Below, piece after piece: positions 25,371 to 31,096 of a stretch of DNA of 31,096 nt (position 1 is the first letter of the stretch; each line of letters begins with the position of its first letter). The notes beneath the pieces were generated by a model. It saw only the letters and a list, made by a program, of their open reading frames with translations, did no database searches and was not told the DNA's origin. The translations under genes and the position numbers were made by a program. The DNA is taken from positions 1 through 31,096 of the forward strand of contig JAYOYH010000050.1 in the NCBI GenBank assembly GCA_038153405.1, read 5' to 3'. This DNA is from Gemmatimonadota bacterium (GTDB lineage Bacteria > Latescibacterota > UBA2968 > UBA8231).

Positions 25371-28300
25371 TTAACGGGTTGCGTCTACGCGCACTCTATC
25401 GCCCGGCACGCAGTCAACGGCCTCCACCCACATCCCTTCTTCTATGTTTGCCAGCGTGGTGCGCAGCTGGATGGCCGTGCTCTCGTGGTCGCGGTTATAG
25501 GCCGAGGCGATGGGCGCACTGTCGCCTGCGGGGCTACGCAGGTGAGCGTCGTGCAAATAGCCGGTGCGCGCCATAATGCAAAAATCCAGTTCGATAGCTC
25601 TATCCGATGCCGAGATTACGCGACCTCTTCCCAGCATTGTCGTCACGTCGAGCGTCAGGCGCCATCGATCATCGCCCAAGTGTTCGGCCCGTTCAATCCG
25701 ATAGTTGCGTCCGCGCGCGGCGGTGCGCATGCGCATACCCGGTGTTGCGCGTTCGAGACCTTCGACGTCGACCGTGCAGGCCGCTTCGTCTACAGCGCAT
25801 AGGGTGGCGTGCTGCGTGCCGCTGGCCAGCGCGCGATGACGCTCCTCAAAGAATATCGCCGTAGCTGCACAGCTAGCCACTTGGTCACCAACGGCGGCGG
25901 CGAGTGTTCCGCGCAGGCGAGTGCCGTCGGCAAAGGTCGTTTCGCCGCCCGCGTTGGGTGCCCAGTAAAGGCGAATGCGCCGGCCCGCGCGCGTTTCCAT
26001 TGAGACGCCGGCGGCCGTGTCCTGCGCGGCTACGTGCTGCACGCTGGCCAGGTTGCTGGCGCCGATGCGCGGCTCGTAGGCTAGGTCGACGCAGGTCGGC
26101 TCGCCGTCGCTGGCGTCGCGCTGCCAGGCCAGGGTGCGGAACGCGTAGGTCGACTCCTCGGGCGTGCCCATGATGGCAGTGGCCCGCGCGCTGTGAACGG
26201 CGACGCCCGCACTGGCACTGAGTTGATGAATATCTAACGTCGCTTCGCTATCCATAGTCCATGAACCGCGCCACGCCGCGGAGGTGTCCAGCTGCAGCAC
26301 GTCGTCCATATAGGCCAACGCGGCGCAGTCGGGATGGGATAGCGCACTCAGATCGCCTCGCTGCACGCGGGTTCCGGCCAAGGTTCCACTGCGCGGCTGC
26401 TGTCCGACATCCGTGGAGAATACCGGGCCGCAGCCTCGGCACAGGCGCCAGTGTTCGCGTCCACCCTCTATGCGCATCAGGTCGATTAGTGCAACTCCTT
26501 CGCCGTCGGTCTCGACTAGGGCCAACAGGCGGCGCAGCTGCACGCCGAGTCGGTACCACGCGCTCTTTTCTCCATCCCATGCCCAGCGCTCGGCGGCGAT
26601 ATCGAGCACCTGCAGGCCGGGCATTTGCAACACGTGCAGCAGGCGCCCGCGCCCGGCAATGCGACTTTCGCCGACTCCTTCCACAATGCCCCAACCGCTA
26701 TTGTGCGTGGCCCAGTGCGCTTCCCAGTGCTGGATGCTGGCCCAAGATTGTGGGTAGCCCAAATCGCCGAGAAAGACGCGTTGATGGGCGAAGAGCTGCG
26801 TATCCAATAGATCCATGTGGCGATGGCCCGTAGCATCGCCGTAGCACACGCCGACGGCAGCGCGCTCAGGGGCTTCGTCGGTGCGCAGTACGGCCAAACC
26901 TACGCCGTCGTGAACGGTGCTGCCGAGGCGTGGATGCGCGCCGGAAACAATGGCGTCACGCATGGAATGCAGCGCGGGGTCGCTGGTGTACTCGGCGGCT
27001 CGTTCCAGCGTTTCGCGGCGCATCGAGGCGTGAAAGACGGTCTGCGTTAGTCTTTTGGCCTCGTTCACCTCTTTGCCTAGCTGAGCGGCAGAACCGGGTG
27101 CCGATCCGTCGCCAAACTGCAGCCAGGTGCGGCCAATCGCGGCGATTTCTATGGGCGCGCGCGCTACGCGCGCGGCGCGCGGGTCGGCCATTAGCGAGGG
27201 AAAGCGATCTTCTGAATAGGCATTGGGATGCAGCTGACGCAGCTGGCGCAGGTGGTATTCCAGGTCAAATAAGCCATCGGTGTGAATGCTGTTGTAGCCG
27301 CCCGTCGCTTCGGGTGGCGTGCCGTCGGGAAAGAAGTTATTGACGCCAAAGGTGCGCAGGCGGTCGGGGCCGCGGTCATAGAGCCAGGCGAGCGCATCCT
27401 GCCCGTCGTCGCGGTCTAGTGCGCGCAGGAGCACGAGAACGGCCTGACTGACGCGCGGCAGATTGCTGCGCGCGCCGCCGTCTAGGCAACACTGCAATTG
27501 GCAGGTGAGCATCTCTTCGACTAGGACGAGCAGATCGTCGGGCCCGTTGGCTTCTATGCCCATCGCCTGAGCGCGTTCAACTAGTTCGCGATCCGCACGC
27601 AGGAGCGGCCAAACGGCGTCGTAGGCCAGCGCCAGCGCCTCGCTGATATACGGCACATCGATGCAGTAGCGCAGCATGCCCTTGGCGCCGAGTTGGTCAC
27701 CCGACCAGTCTGGCTGTCCCCAATTCCACGGCTTTTCTACCCCTTCCGAAGGTCCGTAGCGAAACTGCGGCACGGCGCCCAAGTAGACGATCTCCACGGC
27801 GTAGCGCAGTAGCATGAGGGCCAGCGTGCGCGCGGTAGTGGCCTCGAACTGCGCGTGCAGAGCCGCTGTCAGATGGCCGATACCGGCGCCAAAGGCGCGC
27901 ACCTGGTCGCGCGCGTAGGTAGCCGCGAAGAGAAATATATGCCCGTCCGCGTCGAAATAGCCGTAGCCATCGTCGGGGAAGTCACCAGAGGTAAAATCGC
28001 CGTTGGCCAGGTCGTTGCTGGGAAATACCGCGCGGCAGTTGGGACAGGTGGATCGATAGTCGATGGGCGCGTGCGAGCGCAGCCACGGGTAAAAGCCGCC
28101 GTGGGCAAAGATTGCCGTGCCGCACTGTGGGCATCCCTGATGCACATTGGCAAAGTGGGCGCGCGGCATTTCGGCATTGGGCAATTGGCGCCAGAGCGCG
28201 TCGTCGTCGAGCGAAAGCCAGAAGCGCACCGTCGCTTCGCCAGCCAAAGCCAGTGGCTCTTCCGATAGCGTTTGGCGCGTTTTGTGCGATACGAGCGCAT

Positions 28301-28619
28301 GGCCCAGCGGCCAGCGGCGCGGCCATAGGGTTCCACCGTGCTCGAAGTGCTGTCTCAGCTGATTGAGGGTGCACACTTGGATATGCACTGAAGCGGATGC
28401 CCCATTCTGGTGAACGGCGATGCGGCCATCTGCACCGTGCGCGGGCGCGCGCAGGTAGAGGAACCACGCGCCGTCGCGGGCACTGTAGCGCCGATCGAGC
28501 AGAGTAAACGGAGCGGTGTCTACGCCGAGCGGCGTGCTGTCCGGCGACTGCACGGGCAGGCGAAAGGTGCGGTCTGCCAGCAGTCGGCGCGGCGACCAAG
28601 GAATGGCAAGTGTGTCCAT
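25371..28619 (-). CDS. Large heparinase II/III-like (polysaccharide lyase fold) protein with a CxxC-CxxC insert
   Basis: DG..PE.TGGY, FGD, GHRHMDLL..QLFA....L.DLGYP and THN motifs typical of Hepar_II_III-like proteins; CPQC...CPNC near the N-terminus. Confidence 0.7.
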   Translation of the reverse strand: MDTLAIPWSPRRLLADRTFRLPVQSPDSTPLGVDTAPFTLLDRRYSARDGAWFLYLRAPAHGADGRIAVHQNGASASVHIQVCTLNQLRQHFEHGGTLWPRRWPLGHALVSHKTRQTLSEEPLALAGEATVRFWLSLDDDALWRQLPNAEMPRAHFANVHQGCPQCGTAIFAHGGFYPWLRSHAPIDYRSTCPNCRAVFPSNDLANGDFTSGDFPDDGYGYFDADGHIFLFAATYARDQVRAFGAGIGHLTAALHAQFEATTARTLALMLLRYAVEIVYLGAVPQFRYGPSEGVEKPWNWGQPDWSGDQLGAKGMLRYCIDVPYISEALALAYDAVWPLLRADRELVERAQAMGIEANGPDDLLVLVEEMLTCQLQCCLDGGARSNLPRVSQAVLVLLRALDRDDGQDALAWLYDRGPDRLRTFGVNNFFPDGTPPEATGGYNSIHTDGLFDLEYHLRQLRQLHPNAYSEDRFPSLMADPRAARVARAPIEIAAIGRTWLQFGDGSAPGSAAQLGKEVNEAKRLTQTVFHASMRRETLERAAEYTSDPALHSMRDAIVSGAHPRLGSTVHDGVGLAVLRTDEAPERAAVGVCYGDATGHRHMDLLDTQLFAHQRVFLGDLGYPQSWASIQHWEAHWATHNSGWGIVEGVGESRIAGRGRLLHVLQMPGLQVLDIAAERWAWDGEKSAWYRLGVQLRRLLALVETDGEGVALIDLMRIEGGREHWRLCRGCGPVFSTDVGQQPRSGTLAGTRVQRGDLSALSHPDCAALAYMDDVLQLDTSAAWRGSWTMDSEATLDIHQLSASAGVAVHSARATAIMGTPEESTYAFRTLAWQRDASDGEPTCVDLAYEPRIGASNLASVQHVAAQDTAAGVSMETRAGRRIRLYWAPNAGGETTFADGTRLRGTLAAAVGDQVASCAATAIFFEERHRALASGTQHATLCAVDEAACTVDVEGLERATPGMRMRTAARGRNYRIERAEHLGDDRWRLTLDVTTMLGRGRVISASDRAIELDFCIMARTGYLHDAHLRSPAGDSAPIASAYNRDHESTAIQLRTTLANIEEGMWVEAVDCVPGDRVRVDATR

Positions 28620-28646
28620 GGCAAAAGGCCTGTTGTGTGCGCGCTG

Positions 28647-29423
28647 CTAGGCTCCGCGCGGATTGGCGCGCAGCGTTTGAAAGTGTTCGGCTAGTACCTG
28701 AGTGCCGTAGCCGAGCGCGCTGCCGACGTTGAGTAAGCGATAGCCCCAGCGCACCTTCTGTTGGATTTCGTCCACGTCTGCTAGGGTTGTCGCCGCCACT
28801 ATATGGGTGCCCTCCAAGCGCTTAGGCACGTCTTCCATGATCTCCTGTACCTGTGGCGACTGCGTATTGCACATGGTGCCGACGGTGGCCGATAGGTCGA
28901 GCGGCCCGACCATGATCACATCGATACCGGGCACCTGCTTGATCTCGTCGAGATTGTCATAGGCCTTTTTGCTCTCCATTTGCACGACGAGCAGCGTCTC
29001 TTCGTTGGCCGTCTTGATCACGGTATCCCAGTCGGCGCCGGCAACGCGCGTCCACATTGGCGATAGGCCGCGCTGCCCTTCAGGGGCATAGCGCGCATAC
29101 TGCACGGCGCGTTCGGCGTCCTCTGCGGTATCGACTTGGGGCACCATAACGGCGACGGCGCCAACGTCGTAGGCCTTTTTGATGAGCGCCGGATCGTTCC
29201 AGGCCACGCGGATCATCGGCGCTACGCCGCGCATGCGCGCCAGAACGGGAAGGTAGTCCAGCGACTCCATTCCGTAGGGCATGTGTTCGGTATCCATCCA
29301 CAGAAAGTCCGGGTCCGTGCTCAGGATGGCTCCGGCCACGTGCGGCGTAAAGGCGGGCAGGCCCGAACCAAAGATAATTTCGCCGTTTTGCAGGCGCTTT
29401 TTGAGTGGGTTGGGATACGTCAT
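28647..29423 (-). CDS. HpcH/HpaI-family class II pyruvate aldolase
   Basis: Catalytic and metal residues are present: DTEH, MIRV, VQMES, GPLDLS; also YAPEGQRG. Confidence 0.92.
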   Translation of the reverse strand: MTYPNPLKKRLQNGEIIFGSGLPAFTPHVAGAILSTDPDFLWMDTEHMPYGMESLDYLPVLARMRGVAPMIRVAWNDPALIKKAYDVGAVAVMVPQVDTAEDAERAVQYARYAPEGQRGLSPMWTRVAGADWDTVIKTANEETLLVVQMESKKAYDNLDEIKQVPGIDVIMVGPLDLSATVGTMCNTQSPQVQEIMEDVPKRLEGTHIVAATTLADVDEIQQKVRWGYRLLNVGSALGYGTQVLAEHFQTLRANPRGA

Positions 29424-30241
29424 GGCGTGCTCCCTGCACTGAGGCCGTAGAGGATGAGGCTGCCGAGAATAATTCGATAGATGGAAAAGACATCGGTGCC
29501 GTAGCGCTGCAGGAAACGCAGCAGAAAGCCGATGGAGGCGTAGCCGCTAATAGCCGCCGCCACAATGCCGACGCCGATATTGATCAGGCCCTCTTCACCC
29601 AGGCCTCCTTCGAGGAGGTCGAGAAATTCGAGCAGGCCGCTGGCGCCGATGGCCGGCAGTCCCAGGAGGAAGGAAAAGCGCGCCGCTTCGCTCCGTTTGA
29701 GGCCGATAAATAGCCCGCCCATGATCGTCGATCCGGAGCGCGAACAGCCGGGAATGAGAGCGAGGGCCTGGCACAGGCCTATGCACTGAATCTGCCAGAA
29801 ACCGAGTTGCTTCATATCGAGGTGGCGCTTGCCCATGCGCTCGGACGCCATCAGCGCGAGGGCCAGTGCAACCAGCGCACTGCCAATGATGTGCAGGCCG
29901 CGCGCCTCCGTTTCAATCAGATCTTTAAAACCGAGGCCGAGCACGGCAATGGGCACGGTGCCCGCGGCAATGGAAAAGGCCAGCAGCGTTTCCGGACTGC
30001 GCTTGAAGTCGCGGTGGCGCAGGCCATCAAATGCCGCTATGACGAGCATTTTCACATCGCCGGCAAAGTAGGCGAAGACGGCAAAGAGAGTGCCTAACTG
30101 GATAACGGCCGAAAAGGCGATGCCGGGGTCGCCCCAGCCGAGGTAATGCGGCACTATGCGCAGATGTGCCGTGCTGCTAATGGGCAGAAATTCGGTGAGG
30201 CCCTGAACGACGCCGAGGACGAGTGCTTGCAGCCAAGTCAT
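29420..30241 (-). CDS. uppP: Undecaprenyl-diphosphate phosphatase (BacA)
   Basis: QGLTEFLPISSTAH, IQLGT, QALALIPGCSRSGST and AARFSFLL motifs. Confidence 0.96.
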   Translation of the reverse strand: MTWLQALVLGVVQGLTEFLPISSTAHLRIVPHYLGWGDPGIAFSAVIQLGTLFAVFAYFAGDVKMLVIAAFDGLRHRDFKRSPETLLAFSIAAGTVPIAVLGLGFKDLIETEARGLHIIGSALVALALALMASERMGKRHLDMKQLGFWQIQCIGLCQALALIPGCSRSGSTIMGGLFIGLKRSEAARFSFLLGLPAIGASGLLEFLDLLEGGLGEEGLINIGVGIVAAAISGYASIGFLLRFLQRYGTDVFSIYRIILGSLILYGLSAGSTP

Positions 30242-30608
30242 GAACTATGTCCGTTTAACGTTTGAGCCAAACTAAGTAGGGAAAGGTCCGACGGCAAGTT
30301 GGCAAAAGGGCTCGTCTGAGCGGGTCTGTCGATTGATGGAACGAGTCCGATCGACTACTTTACCGTCGTTGATTTTGCTCGTGCAACGGCGGGTGCGACC
30401 CGGGGCATATGTCCGGTTATTGCAGAGCGGTCGGCGCCTTCGGCCAGCGAGTGCCACAACGCGCTGCAATGGCTTGATAGCGCCGGTGCCCAGCCGCATG
30501 TTATGCTAGTGCCAGCGCGCGCAAGGACATGGAATACGCGGGCGAATTCGGTGCGACGGATCCGCCCTTAGCGAACGATCGCCATATACCTTACTACTGG
30601 AGACTACC

Positions 30609-31096
30609 ATGGCAGAAACAGTGACCATTAAAGACGTGCAGACCATTTTGACGCAGCCGGCCGGTTCAAAGCTGGTCATCGTCAAGATTATTACTTCCGA
30701 CGACGGCCTCTACGGCTTGGGCTGTGCAACCTTTACACAGCGCTTTATGGCGGTCAAGGCGGCCATCGAAGAGCACCTCAAGCCCTTTCTCATCGGACGC
30801 GACGTCGACCGCATTGAAGAAATATGGCAGATGTCGATGGTCAACAGCTACTGGCGCAACGGCCCCGTGCTCAACAACGCCATTTCCGGCGTCGATCAGG
30901 CGCTATGGGACATCAAGGGCAAGCGCGCCAATATGCCGGTTTACCAGTTGTTGGGCGGCAAGTGCCGCGAGGGCGCCGCCGTTTACGGTCACGCCGGTGG
31001 CGGTACGCCAGAAGAAGTCGTCGAGAGCATCCAGAAGTATCAGGAAATGGGCTATCGCTACATCCGCTGTCAGATGGGCGGCTACGGCGGCAAGGC
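30609..31096 (+). CDS. Enolase-superfamily acid-sugar dehydratase (RspA/ManD, mannonate/gluconate dehydratase-like), truncated by the window end
   Basis: Not in the ORF track; translated by hand as MAETVTIKDV...GLYGLGCATFTQR...YWRNGPVLNNAISGVDQALWDIKGK...PVYQLLGGKCR...YGHA. GGAG at 30599-30602. Confidence 0.9.
   Translation, partial: MAETVTIKDVQTILTQPAGSKLVIVKIITSDDGLYGLGCATFTQRFMAVKAAIEEHLKPFLIGRDVDRIEEIWQMSMVNSYWRNGPVLNNAISGVDQALWDIKGKRANMPVYQLLGGKCREGAAVYGHAGGGTPEEVVESIQKYQEMGYRYIRCQMGGYGGK

Noticed and set aside
30272..30499. 75-aa minus-strand ORF upstream of uppP, or a known riboswitch (c-di-GMP, cobalamin) in this spacer
   Set aside because: The ORF has no SD or protein-like features, and only scattered fragments of riboswitch consensus are present.

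Overview
GC-rich bacterial window dominated by a cell-surface glycan biosynthesis region. It encodes four GT4, two GT2 and one GT-C (ArnT/PMT-like) transferases, a DegT/ArnB-like aminotransferase, a polysaccharide deacetylase, a SAM methyltransferase, an extended-SDR epimerase/decarboxylase, a phosphomannomutase, a Wzx-like flippase, a WcaJ/WbaP-type priming transferase and UppP. The cluster is interrupted by a 2394-aa Ser/Thr/Ala-rich secreted Ig-repeat protein with a C-terminal dockerin-like double Ca-binding motif, a SixA-like phosphatase and an unusual protein with two YjbQ-like halves. The right end holds a heparinase II/III-like protein with a CxxC-CxxC insert, an HpcH aldolase and a truncated RspA/ManD-like dehydratase. 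The C-terminal 'DFxGD...DFF..ADAFG' motif tentatively suggests Candidatus Latescibacterota. I saw no rRNA, tRNA, CRISPR array or mobile element. All calls come from motif recognition by eye; no searches were run.
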